64,000 nt of DNA from Candidatus Uhrbacteria bacterium (GTDB lineage Bacteria > Patescibacteriota > Patescibacteriia > GWA2-47-26), in assembly GCA_016187515.1 (NCBI GenBank), contig JACPJN010000006.1:64856-128855 (forward strand). The letters run 5' to 3'. Below are positions 18,440-27,896 of this stretch, one piece after another. Numbering within the stretch: the first letter of the stretch is position 1; every line of letters starts with the position of its first letter. Below the pieces are notes generated by a model that saw nothing but the letters and a program-made list of their open reading frames with translations, was not told the DNA's origin and ran no database searches. A program made the position numbers and the translations under genes.

Positions 18440-20284
18440 TTACTTTGTCAACTGTTGTTCAAACTCCTTTTTTGCCGCTTCAATCTCAAGGAGCTGCCTT
18501 GGGTCAGTCGTCACAATCTGATCTTCCGTATAGGAGGCGACCACTTTAATCGCCGCGTGCTTAGGCCCGGCAAAAAATATCCCTTCCCCCACGGCGGACT
18601 CCAGCAATAGATATTTTTCTCCCTCGGTAAGCATGAATGTCTTTTGAATGAGTTCAATGGCCGCCGGGGATTGTTTTAGGAGCAGCTGCAGGGCGGAGTT
18701 GGTCACAATCGCTTTGCCATAGTCATTCAGCAGGAAATCATTGACATCTTGAGTAATTGTCGTCACCCCCAAATAATACTTCCGCGCGCGTTTAACCAGG
18801 GCAAAAATGAATTTTGCCGAGTCCTCATGCTGCATCAGCCACCAGGCCTCGTCAATTACGAGAATCCGCTTTTTGCGCTCGGAACGCACAATGTTCCAGA
18901 GGTAGTTAACCAAGGTATAGATGGCAATCGGCCGCAGTTCATCTTCCAGATCGCGCACGGAAAACACCACCAGCTGATTGCGCATATCCACATTGGTGGG
19001 ATTATTAATCAGCCCGGAAAAAGTTCCGCTGGTGTATTTCTTCAAACGCTCGGCTAAAGAAGCGCCGCCTTCCATGCCTTCCAGAACCTCGAGCAGATCA
19101 GTCACGACCGGCGCCTCTACTTTGGCAAGATCGGCGGCGGCAGTAATATCTTTTTTCGCGTAGGTTTCCAAAAGCGCCCGATCCATCAGCGCGTCCTCTT
19201 CCGGCGTAAACTGGCTTAACATCAGGCGCAGCAGTCCTTTCAAGGTAATCACCGCCGAACGGATCACGTCTTCGGTCCGGGTTTCCTCCCCCACCGGACG
19301 CGGGAGGTCAAAAGGATTGACTTTGGCCGGCGAGGCCAGCGAGATATTCACATACGTGCCGCCGACCGCCTCGGCCAGGTGCTTATACTCGGCCTCCGGA
19401 TCAATGACAATGACGTCGGTCCCGAGCATTAAGGAACGCAGAATTTCCAGCTTGACCGAATAACTTTTACCGGCTCCGGAGGTCGCGAAAACCACCATAT
19501 TGGCGTTCTGCAGTGAAAAACGATCAAACAGGATCAGCGAGTTATTATGCCGGTTGATTCCATAGAGAATGCCGTTGTCCGAGGTAAGATCCGCGGAAAT
19601 AAACGGAAATGACGAAGCAATCGGGCTGGAATTCATGTTAAACGGCACCATCAGCTTATCCACGCCCAGGGGGATTGTGGCGTTAAAGCCCTGCTCGGCC
19701 TGAAAAAATACTTTTTTGGAGTAAATCAGCTTTGATCCAAACAGTTCTTCCACCATGATGGAATGTTTATCCAGCTCTTCGAGCGAGCGCGCGTAGACGG
19801 TAACATAGAGCGCGAACTGGAAAAATTTTTCAATCCCTTGCGTAAGATCGTCGCGCAGTTTTTCAACGTCGCGAAGCGCGGTCTCGCGGATCGGATCGCG
19901 CGGCGCGCCTTTTTCGGTGTCCCCGAGAATCTGGGCCTCCAGCGCTCCGGCTTTCTTCTTTAATTGTTTCAAAATAATGCTGGACGCGACCGGATAGAAA
20001 AACATGCCGATATCCAGCGAGCTGGCAAGATTAACAATCGGCGCAAACCACCCGACTGCGATATAGCGGGGATAAGCCACCACAAAAATCGTGCGCGTAA
20101 AAGTACCGCCCAATTTCACGTGCGCAGGAGTGATCTGCAAGGAGGCCGGAGCGACAATATCGCGAACCGATACTGCCCCGCGGCGGTAAATCCGCTCTTC
20201 TTCCAGAGTAATCAACTCTTCCCGCTCTTTTGCGGCAGAAACGCCTTTCGGCTCGGTCTCCTTGGTTTTTCTAAATAAAGACAT
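18440..20284 (-). CDS. VirB4/TrbE/CagE-family conjugation ATPase, C-terminal ATPase portion.
   Basis: Walker A FATSGAGKS; ...ILVIDEAWWLM...; C-terminus typical of VirB4. Confidence 0.65.
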   Translation of the reverse strand: MSLFRKTKETEPKGVSAAKEREELITLEEERIYRRGAVSVRDIVAPASLQITPAHVKLGGTFTRTIFVVAYPRYIAVGWFAPIVNLASSLDIGMFFYPVASSIILKQLKKKAGALEAQILGDTEKGAPRDPIRETALRDVEKLRDDLTQGIEKFFQFALYVTVYARSLEELDKHSIMVEELFGSKLIYSKKVFFQAEQGFNATIPLGVDKLMVPFNMNSSPIASSFPFISADLTSDNGILYGINRHNNSLILFDRFSLQNANMVVFATSGAGKSYSVKLEILRSLMLGTDVIVIDPEAEYKHLAEAVGGTYVNISLASPAKVNPFDLPRPVGEETRTEDVIRSAVITLKGLLRLMLSQFTPEEDALMDRALLETYAKKDITAAADLAKVEAPVVTDLLEVLEGMEGGASLAERLKKYTSGTFSGLINNPTNVDMRNQLVVFSVRDLEDELRPIAIYTLVNYLWNIVRSERKKRILVIDEAWWLMQHEDSAKFIFALVKRARKYYLGVTTITQDVNDFLLNDYGKAIVTNSALQLLLKQSPAAIELIQKTFMLTEGEKYLLLESAVGEGIFFAGPKHAAIKVVASYTEDQIVTTDPRQLLEIEAAKKEFEQQLTK

Positions 20285-20292
20285 AATTCCGG

Positions 20293-20979
20293 CTAAACCC
20301 CTTCTAGCTGTAACTTAGTGACATCCTGCAAGGTCTGGATCTCGGCCAGATCCGGGTTATAGACCCGATAATACAATTCAATCAGCGCCGGGGTGTCCAA
20401 CATCCGGGCCGCCAAGCCAATCCCCGACAGACCAGATTGCGCGTGTCCCGCGCGCCGCGTGAGCTCCACGCGCTGCCGTTCAAACCGCTCGGAACTCAAA
20501 GACAGCGCGGTAAGCGGCCGGAGCACTTCTCCCAGGCGCGTCCAAAAACCTTTCCGTTTGTCGGAGACCGGCGAATAAGGAATCACCAGAAAAAATCGCT
20601 TGGTCATAATCTCGCCCAGCTCAACAAGCTCTTTAATAAATGAAAGGTAATCGGTAATCTGGATTCGCAACAGCTCATTGGATTGATTTTTCTCCGCCTG
20701 CTTAAGGCGCGCCAGATAATCGTCAATATTTAACTTCCGGGACTGAATCACAATCTGTAAAGGATAGTCCAGCGCGTTTAAAAACTGCGCGTAAGCGCTA
20801 ATCAGCGCGTTCTGCTCGTTTTCCGATTTAAGCGCGAAATTAAGGGAGGAAACCGCCAAGACCGCGCGGAGCGTGCCATCCTTTAAAATCACGGTATCTT
20901 CCTTGATCTCCGCGATATCCAGATAGTGCTGCACCGGCACGCCTTTTTTTAAAGATTTTTTAGCAATGCTCTTTTCCAT
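20293..20979 (-). CDS. VirB4-like N-terminal domain, in a separate ORF.
   Basis: 229 aa directly upstream of the ATPase ORF with an 8-nt gap; together about 840 aa, the usual VirB4 size. Confidence 0.4.
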   Translation of the reverse strand: MEKSIAKKSLKKGVPVQHYLDIAEIKEDTVILKDGTLRAVLAVSSLNFALKSENEQNALISAYAQFLNALDYPLQIVIQSRKLNIDDYLARLKQAEKNQSNELLRIQITDYLSFIKELVELGEIMTKRFFLVIPYSPVSDKRKGFWTRLGEVLRPLTALSLSSERFERQRVELTRRAGHAQSGLSGIGLAARMLDTPALIELYYRVYNPDLAEIQTLQDVTKLQLEGV

Positions 20980-20989
20980 AATTCCTGAT

Positions 20990-21421
20990 TCATACTTCCT
21001 CGGCGCTGTATACTCCGCCGGTGTCCACTTGCAAAGCAATCTCGGCCAGCCGCGAAGCGGTTAGCGGCGTTTTGCGCGGCGCGACTTTGGCGGGCGGGGA
21101 GGGGGGTAACTTTAGCGACTGCTTCAGAATCGCGTTCGGAGTGGTCTTGTCCCATATTTGAAGATTGGGCGAACGCCAGGTCTGCAGGATGTTCAGCAGG
21201 AAAAAGTGAAACGGCTGTCCGTTGATGCGCACAAAAGCCAAGACGATCGAACCGATAAAAACCAGCCCGGCAAATATAATAAAGTAGGTAAAGGCGAAAA
21301 TTTTGTAAAAAGTAAAAATAAGCAGCGCGCCCGCCAGCATAATAATAAACTGCCGCGTGGTAACCGGGCCGATAATCTTGTCTTCAACATCGATGAATTG
21401 GGGGACGGTGAATTGATTCAT
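20990..21421 (-). CDS. PrgI/VirB3-like small two-TM conjugation protein.
   Basis: N-terminal motif VPQFIDVEDKIIGPVTTRQFI followed by two TM helices. It is positioned immediately upstream of VirB4, as in Gram-positive T4SS. Confidence 0.45.
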   Translation of the reverse strand: MNQFTVPQFIDVEDKIIGPVTTRQFIIMLAGALLIFTFYKIFAFTYFIIFAGLVFIGSIVLAFVRINGQPFHFFLLNILQTWRSPNLQIWDKTTPNAILKQSLKLPPSPPAKVAPRKTPLTASRLAEIALQVDTGGVYSAEEV

Positions 21422-21424
21422 AGA

Positions 21425-21535
21425 TACCGCGGAACTTATACAGAACTAGAACGGATCTTACACTGACGTTTCCGCATATGTTCCGCTATGGTTCCGTATA
21501 TGTTCAGTGTCAGAAACGGAGTTTCTGATTCAACT
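21425..21535 (+). promoter_or_regulatory. Copy (rearranged, inverted) of the 90-bp CGGAAC/GTTCCG upstream element family.
   Basis: Shares gaacatatacggaa, cagtgtaag.tccgt and the start-proximal ATAAGTTCCG with 47771..47870 and 52401..52500. Confidence 0.4.
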
Positions 21536-22817
21536 CCATTATAGCATAGAATTCCTCGCGGGTAAGGGTAGCTTCGCCGCTCGCCAAGGTTTCGGGAGCA
21601 ACTTTCTGGTAAAGCGCCTCTCCGGTAATCTTCGCGTATAACCCGTAAAGCGGCGATTTTTTCCAGGCCGCGATCGCCGCCAGCCGCCGCGCCAGGGATT
21701 CCTGCCCGATAAACTCGATTTTACCCGAAATTTTAGTCACCCTTTCATCAACGGTGCCGGCTAGTTTTCTAAAATCCTCCAGTGTCAAACTTTGCAATTC
21801 GTCAACCGGCCCCAGAAGTTTCGGCGCCGGGCGGATGTCGGTAACTTTCGAGGGCGTAGGGCGTAGGGCGTAGGGCGTAGGGCGGAGAGTCGGCAAAGCT
21901 TCTGTTTTCTGTCTTCTGTTTTCTGTTTTCTGGATTGGCGGCGGGGGTGGGGGTGGAATAACCGCCGGAAGAGAAGCCGGCAACCGCGCGGGTTTGGGGG
22001 GTTGGGAAATGACTGGCGCTGGCGGGGGTGGCGGTTTTGGAATGGTAATTTTGGGTTTGGAACTTACGCCAGTAAGGCGTCGATACCGTTCTTCTAATTC
22101 TTCTTCCTCTTTCTTTTTTAGCAACTGCACTTGCTTGGCTTGCGCTTCATATTGCGCTCGCCTGCGTTCCTGCCGCCGCTTCTCCTCCATGGCTTTCCAT
22201 TTCGCCTGAAATTCTTTAAATGCTTTTTCAATAATCTCCACCACCAAAGTTGTATCTAATTCGCTAATCTCTAATCCGCCAATTCGCCTATTCCGCGTGA
22301 GCATCTCCCGCGTCTCTGTCGCATCCCGCACCTCGCGCAGCCGCGCCGACACAATCATTCGAAATCTTTTACTTAACACCGGATCGCCTAACCAATCAAC
22401 ATTTTGAATTTTTTCAGCCTGAGGCTGATCCGCCTTTGGCGGAAATTTTACATTTTTCATTACCTGATCAATCAATTCCTCCAGCTCCACCCGCAACGGA
22501 TGTTCTTCGTGGGAAACCGGCGCACTTGCTATCGGTTTGGATATTGGAGATTGTCCGCCCAAGGCGGACCCGCCTCGGGCGGGGATATTGGATATTGTTT
22601 CGAGTTTCGTGCTTCGGATTTCGGATTTCTCTCCCATCTTCTCATACTCCTCCCTCGTCACCCCCTTGGGCAACTCTTTCATAACTAGCCCCTGACCCCT
22701 AGCCCCTAGCCCCTTTTCCTCGTACGGCAAAAGCTCCTCCCCTTTAAGGATATACCATTTTCCGTCCGTTCCTTTGACTAAAATCTCGTCCATATTTTTG
22801 TACAAATCCTTATCCAC
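21510..22817 (-). CDS. Hypothetical coiled-coil/Pro-rich protein carrying two heptamer tracts and a GC-palindrome insertion.
   Basis: gggcgta x4-5 (21852..21885) and tctgttt x4-5 (21901..21932) encode ...QKTENRRQKTEALPTLRPTPYALRPTPS... Confidence 0.5.
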   Translation of the reverse strand: MDKDLYKNMDEILVKGTDGKWYILKGEELLPYEEKGLGARGQGLVMKELPKGVTREEYEKMGEKSEIRSTKLETISNIPARGGSALGGQSPISKPIASAPVSHEEHPLRVELEELIDQVMKNVKFPPKADQPQAEKIQNVDWLGDPVLSKRFRMIVSARLREVRDATETREMLTRNRRIGGLEISELDTTLVVEIIEKAFKEFQAKWKAMEEKRRQERRRAQYEAQAKQVQLLKKKEEEELEERYRRLTGVSSKPKITIPKPPPPPAPVISQPPKPARLPASLPAVIPPPPPPPIQKTENRRQKTEALPTLRPTPYALRPTPSKVTDIRPAPKLLGPVDELQSLTLEDFRKLAGTVDERVTKISGKIEFIGQESLARRLAAIAAWKKSPLYGLYAKITGEALYQKVAPETLASGEATLTREEFYAIMELNQKLRF

Positions 22818-22879
22818 ACCCCGCCTCTTGATAAATTATACAAGGTGCCAGATGATTGATCAAAGTATTCCGAACTTGA

Positions 22880-22975
22880 CATAAATATCTCTTATATGAT
22901 ACCATAGTATTATCACGATGAGAGGGCACACCTAAGGTTCGTCCGAAGGTTACTCCCTCTCTTTGTTATGTTATC
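22880..22975 (+). ncRNA. Candidate small RNA unit 1: promoter TTGACA-N18-TACCAT, then a hairpin (gagaggg...ccctctc) and a U-run.
   Basis: Tandem with unit 2; no ORF. Confidence 0.25.
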
Positions 22976-22989
22976 CCCACCCTCTCTTG

Positions 22990-23100
22990 ACAAATTATTT
23001 CAGTATGGTATAGTATTATTGTGATAATGCTCTGGCGTATCCCCCTCGGGGATAGCGTCAGATGACGAACCTCTCCCCACCGCAAGGTGGGGGGATTCTT
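22990..23100 (+). ncRNA. Candidate small RNA unit 2: promoter TTGACA-N16-TATAGT, then two hairpins, the second (ccccacc-gcaa-ggtgggg + ttcttttt) an intrinsic terminator.
   Basis: Its 5' part resembles unit 1. Confidence 0.3.
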
Positions 23101-23114
23101 TTTATCATGAACTG

Positions 23115-23633
23115 TCAAACAAGTTCAATTTGATCACGCAATTTCTTCAAATTTATAAACTTAGCACGCTGTAAGAGTTCTCGAGAAATGTGATCTTTCA
23201 CTGACATTACAATAATCCGCTTGCCGTGCGACTTTACACGATCAACCACTGGCGCAAAATCACTATCGCCCGATAAAAGGATAGCGGTATCATATTCAGT
23301 AATATGATCCAGTATATCCATCGTGAGCTCCACATCAAAGTCACCCTTCCACTCATAAATACCATGAGCAATACGGATTTTCTTGACTGGTTTGGTACGA
23401 ACAATATAACCGTTCGTTTGCAGCATACGGAGAAAACGCTCCTGCTGTGGTCGCATTGCATCATGAGCGGTGTAGACAAACATTTTGCTCGCATTGCACT
23501 CTTTAGTAAAGTATTCCCGTAATCTGACGTACGATATTCGCCACTTCAATGATCGCTGAGAATAAAATATATTCGCGGCGTCAATAAACACATATACTCG
23601 CCCCTTGACAAAATTTCTGATCATAGTTTCCAT
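23115..23633 (-). CDS. NYN/LabA-like domain protein (predicted RNase).
   Basis: Motifs VYVFIDAANIFY and LLSGDSDFAPVV. Confidence 0.6.
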   Translation of the reverse strand: METMIRNFVKGRVYVFIDAANIFYSQRSLKWRISYVRLREYFTKECNASKMFVYTAHDAMRPQQERFLRMLQTNGYIVRTKPVKKIRIAHGIYEWKGDFDVELTMDILDHITEYDTAILLSGDSDFAPVVDRVKSHGKRIIVMSVKDHISRELLQRAKFINLKKLRDQIELV

Positions 23634-24874
23634 CTGAACATGCCTGACTGCTGATCGTAGTACGCCATATCAAAGTACTCCGGCTTGCCGTTTTGCTTCA
23701 AGATATTGCCCAGGCGCACGGCCACCGCCGCGGCCTCGGATTCATTCATCCGCATCCGGCGAACCAGTACAAAGCGCAAAAATTTACCGAGCGACACCGG
23801 TGAAGTCGGCGCCAGCGCAAACGCCGGCGCCTCCTCCGGTCTCCCCTCCTGCCGCAGATATTTTTCAAACTGCTCGCGCACCGGATTTTGCTCTTCAAGA
23901 AGCTTCAATAGCCACCCTTGACGCGCAAGCACAACCAGTGCTCCCAGCACCAGCGCGCGATCATGCGAGGCGCCCGGAAGCGGAAAAAGGTTATCATATA
24001 AGACCCGCGCTGTTTTTGAAAATTCACCTTGGCCTATCTCGTTCACTCGCTTCGCAGTAGATATAAGCTCATTATTAAATATTTCTACTAATTCTTTTAG
24101 TCCGGCTAATCCTTGTCCTTGGGGAGGAATGGCGCGCGGCGGTAGAGAGGCAGGCGATGCGGATGCTGAAATTATCCTCCGCTCTTTAAGCGCAACAGTT
24201 GGGAAACGTATAAAATCGTATACCTCCATTATTTTTAACAGTATTTGGCGATCCTGCGGATTAAGGCGTCTCGCGTTTGTTCCTTCATTAAAATATCGAA
24301 GCCGCTCAAGACTTCCGCGCATCGTAAAGGCCGGGAAAAACTGATCATAGTCCTTCAGCCAATCCCCCGCTGTCGGCGGCTTCGCCTGGAGTCCGCTACC
24401 AACAACAAGCGGATCACTGCCCACTGGCTCGCTGTTATTTTGAAGAGTTTGCATCAACCTCTTGCGCATCGCACCGTGAGCGACTCCATCTTCGAACGCA
24501 GAAAACCGTTCAGTAAGAAGACCAATTAAGTTGATGTCATCTTTTACCGCTGAAAGAAGGTGTTTTTCTAACAATTCCTCGACTTCTTCGGTTTTAATCA
24601 CAGCAAACGCCGCGAATTTCAAACGCACAATCAACCCTTGCGCCTGCGCATATTCGTCTGGCGCCTCTATTTCAAACTGGCTAAACTTCTTCAATAATTC
24701 TTCTAGCGCGCGAAATAGATCCTGCGCTTCTCCCGGTTCCGCTTCCTCCACTACTCTATCCACAAGCGCAGTTAGCGCTTTGATAGTTGCAGGATCACGA
24801 AAATTCGTTGCGTCAATCCTGCTGACCTCGTCCAGCACCGGAGTAACTCCAAAGATCGGGTGAAGTTCAAGCAT
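23621..24874 (-). CDS. Hypothetical protein, 417 aa.
   Basis: Long ORF embedded in the T4SS-like operon; no recognisable motifs. Confidence 0.45.
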   Translation of the reverse strand: MLELHPIFGVTPVLDEVSRIDATNFRDPATIKALTALVDRVVEEAEPGEAQDLFRALEELLKKFSQFEIEAPDEYAQAQGLIVRLKFAAFAVIKTEEVEELLEKHLLSAVKDDINLIGLLTERFSAFEDGVAHGAMRKRLMQTLQNNSEPVGSDPLVVGSGLQAKPPTAGDWLKDYDQFFPAFTMRGSLERLRYFNEGTNARRLNPQDRQILLKIMEVYDFIRFPTVALKERRIISASASPASLPPRAIPPQGQGLAGLKELVEIFNNELISTAKRVNEIGQGEFSKTARVLYDNLFPLPGASHDRALVLGALVVLARQGWLLKLLEEQNPVREQFEKYLRQEGRPEEAPAFALAPTSPVSLGKFLRFVLVRRMRMNESEAAAVAVRLGNILKQNGKPEYFDMAYYDQQSGMFRWKL

Positions 24875-24877
24875 AAG

Positions 24878-27661
24878 TTATTTTGAAATATCACTGAAAA
24901 TATCTCCTAAATCACGCCGCACCTCATCTTCTGATAACCCGGCCCTAGAAAGAGAATCGCGTATTTCCGTAACAGATGCACCCTCGCTTGGCAATGCCGT
25001 ATCAAGTTTTACGAGCTTCTTGGAAAGTTCGCCAAATTCCACGCCCATTCCTCTTTCTAACCCGGAGATCTCGCTATTCAGATCTTTAATGAGTTTTCTA
25101 ATGGCACGAAATATCGGTTGATTTTCAACAAACCCGGGCCGTGCAATATCGCGCATGACCGCACCCATTTGCGGCTTAATCGAGGTCTGAATAATCGTGG
25201 ATTGCTGTATGATCTGCTGGGGAGCAGCGCCAGCTCCACCGCCAGTCGGCGCTGGACCAACGGGGGCAGGTTCTGATGGAGCAGCTGGAGCAGCTGGGGC
25301 AGGAGTTGGGGCAGCACCGCCAGCAGGCGCTCCGCCTCCTGCCGGAGTTCCTCCAGCAGGAGTTCCACCCGATTCCTCTTCCCTCGGCGGCTGTAATTTA
25401 CCTTTGTATTCGATTGTCTTGATAAGATTTCCTTCCTGGTCCACGATATTAAATTTTTTCTGACTAAGAATCTCTTTCATCGTCTTGTTGGTAATTGCCC
25501 CATACATGGCAAATACATAATCGCTGTTTATCTCGTCATTAAATTTAGAAACGTAATCGGCCATGGCCGTATTTCCTTGAACCTGGGGGTTTCCTCTTGG
25601 ATCTGCGGTTTCATGAATTTCCGTGCCTAAACTCCAAGCTGGCACTCGCCTTTGTATGCGGGTCGGCTCTCTTGCTGCTGATGGCGCCATTGCATGAATC
25701 ATTGCTGTCTCTGCCTCACCTATTGTACCGTAAGTATCTGCAGAATCCTCCGCGTCAATCCTCCCTTCTTTATTGGGGGCTTGTCGTAGCGCATGAAATA
25801 CATGCGGCGCGGCGCCAGTACGATCGCGATCGCCAAGCTTACCAAACTCTTCGAGCGCGTAGTCCTTAAGCCATTCCTTGTTTCCTACTTCATATTTGCC
25901 CTTCTCTGGATTATACCGAGCATGTCCAAGATATTCCCAGTGTTTCGTCTGCTTCCCCGGTTCTTCAAGAGCAGTAATCATGCGCAGTTGAAATTGCCAG
26001 CGATCAGCATCCGTGGTTGCCATATCTATTCCTTTACCGCTGCCCACTCCGGCGCCCGTCATATAATCCATAAGTAATTCCTGCAGCATTTCTTTATTGT
26101 AAAATGTGCCATCCGTATAGCCATACTTCTGACGGCCAAGATCCACTAATTTCTGGCGCAATACCGGCATGCGGGCAATATCATCTAAAAATCCTCCGTG
26201 TGCGGCAACCGAGACAATCGCCGCGCGCGCGCGTTCACCTTCCGGTCCGCCAAGGGTCTCGAGTTCCACCGCTTTTCTCATGACTGCTTCTTTGGACAAG
26301 AACGAAAAATCTTTAGCATATTGACCTACCAGCCCATGCTCCGCGACCTCGCGCAACGGAAGCCGCCGCTTTCCACGAGTAAAAATAATATTCGACTCTT
26401 CTTCTGCTTCAGCCGATGCGATTTTCCGTGATTCCTCCAGCAAAACTTCCCCCCGTTTCAAAAAACCTTTCCAGCCAGTAGGGGTGGCGTACTTGACTGC
26501 GCGGCGTAATACTCCTCCGCCGGGTTTTGTTGAAAAATCCAGCAGTGCTCGCTCTGCCCGATGTAATCCCAACCCTGCCCCAAACGCAACCGGCGCGGCC
26601 AGGGCTTTCCCGCCGAACCTCAAGGCGCGGGTAGCGGCGCTCTTGGCTTTCCCCGCCACGCCCGCAATGGCCCCGCCCATTTGCTGGGACATTTGCACTC
26701 CGGCCAAAAGCATAAAGATCCCGATAATGTAGGTAATGAACGCATCCGTCGAGCCCACTCCCGAGCACGCGGTCTGGATAACCGTGTCCTCCGCCGGTTT
26801 ACCCTCCGGGAAAAGCGTGCTGGCCGACTCTCCGCCGCCTACCGTAATAAGCGCGAGCCAAATAAAGAACGCCAGCATTGGCCCGGCCATGGTTTGATTT
26901 TTAAATTCTTCCCACCACTGCGCGTAATACTTTTGTCCTTGCGGAAACGTGCCGGCTAAAAATGCCACCGGCGAAAGAATCGTCAGCAGCCAAAGCATAA
27001 TAATGCGCAGAGCGAGCACCGCGAAAATCACAAAGATCGTGACAATCGAGACCAGCACCATGCCAAAGGCCAAAGCATAAGCGCCAAACACTTCCCAAAT
27101 CCCAATCTCCTGACATCCGGAAGAAGTAAAACCGCCCTCGGCCTTTTTTAAAATATCCGCGATTTTAAAAAGATTGGCAAAATTTCCGCCAGCCGCGGCT
27201 TTAAAACCATTGACAAAGGTGAGCATGATCACCTGGGAAAAATCAATAAACACGCCCATGATGGTGCGTGAAAAATTCACGAGCACTGCCAAAATGAGCA
27301 GTTTAGGAAGGAGCTTTTTGTAGTGATATTCTTCTTGGCCCAAAATCGTGCCAAAGGCAATCAGGAGGAGCACCACGATAAAAAACATGTTGGCTACGTC
27401 GCGGACAATCACCCAACCCGCGACGACCGGCCGCGCGTTTACAAAATCCGTGTACTGGGCAATCCAAATCACGGCCTGCACCAGCATGGTTAACACCCCG
27501 CCTAAAAATCTGGTAAAGACCTCGAGGATCCGGGTCAAGATTCGCAACACATCATCACCAAGTCCAAAACTCTCCGCCGCGCGAATTGGCCAAGCCAAAA
27601 CCAAAACCCCCAGACCAAACAGGACTAGGCCGGACAAAATAATCTTCTTGCGCTTGGCCAT
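24878..27661 (-). CDS. Large polytopic membrane protein, putatively VirB6/TrbL-like, with an Ala/Pro/Gly-rich linker.
   Basis: Signal plus about 8 TM in the N-terminal 330 aa, then a long soluble region; located next to VirB4. Confidence 0.4.
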   Translation of the reverse strand: MAKRKKIILSGLVLFGLGVLVLAWPIRAAESFGLGDDVLRILTRILEVFTRFLGGVLTMLVQAVIWIAQYTDFVNARPVVAGWVIVRDVANMFFIVVLLLIAFGTILGQEEYHYKKLLPKLLILAVLVNFSRTIMGVFIDFSQVIMLTFVNGFKAAAGGNFANLFKIADILKKAEGGFTSSGCQEIGIWEVFGAYALAFGMVLVSIVTIFVIFAVLALRIIMLWLLTILSPVAFLAGTFPQGQKYYAQWWEEFKNQTMAGPMLAFFIWLALITVGGGESASTLFPEGKPAEDTVIQTACSGVGSTDAFITYIIGIFMLLAGVQMSQQMGGAIAGVAGKAKSAATRALRFGGKALAAPVAFGAGLGLHRAERALLDFSTKPGGGVLRRAVKYATPTGWKGFLKRGEVLLEESRKIASAEAEEESNIIFTRGKRRLPLREVAEHGLVGQYAKDFSFLSKEAVMRKAVELETLGGPEGERARAAIVSVAAHGGFLDDIARMPVLRQKLVDLGRQKYGYTDGTFYNKEMLQELLMDYMTGAGVGSGKGIDMATTDADRWQFQLRMITALEEPGKQTKHWEYLGHARYNPEKGKYEVGNKEWLKDYALEEFGKLGDRDRTGAAPHVFHALRQAPNKEGRIDAEDSADTYGTIGEAETAMIHAMAPSAAREPTRIQRRVPAWSLGTEIHETADPRGNPQVQGNTAMADYVSKFNDEINSDYVFAMYGAITNKTMKEILSQKKFNIVDQEGNLIKTIEYKGKLQPPREEESGGTPAGGTPAGGGAPAGGAAPTPAPAAPAAPSEPAPVGPAPTGGGAGAAPQQIIQQSTIIQTSIKPQMGAVMRDIARPGFVENQPIFRAIRKLIKDLNSEISGLERGMGVEFGELSKKLVKLDTALPSEGASVTEIRDSLSRAGLSEDEVRRDLGDIFSDISK

Positions 27662-27682
27662 AGTATTGCTAATAGTATGAGA

Positions 27683-27812
27683 CCGTTGAACAATTGATTA
27701 TTCGTGTTCATTCGTCAGGCCGCCTGGCCAGGGCAACGCAGGAAACCAGCGATTCCGGCGGCCGTCTATTCGTGAATATTCGTGTGAATCTGCGCCGGTG
27801 TTAATTCTTCGA
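27683..27812 (+). promoter_or_regulatory. Copy 2 of the ATTCGTG-repeat element, about 30 bp upstream of the -35 of the MopE-like gene.
   Basis: See the entry for 7865..7993. Confidence 0.5.
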
Positions 27813-27842
27813 TGGTTTCAGTATACCACGCTCTTCAAATCC

Positions 27843-27871
27843 TTGACAATCCAGGAAAAACTTGTTAGGAT
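27843..27871 (+). promoter_or_regulatory. Promoter TTGACA-N17-TAGGAT.
   Basis: ccTTGACAatccaggaaaaacttgtTAGGATg, then RBS AGGAGGAAACC, then ATG at 27897. Confidence 0.5.
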
Positions 27872-27896
27872 GGGTCTGGGCAACCAGGAGGAAACC

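Noticed and set aside
21841-21940. Possible CRISPR array (short tandem repeats)
   Set aside because: The repeats are 7-bp units with no unique spacers. No CRISPR-like 25-40 bp repeat/spacer periodicity is seen anywhere in the window.
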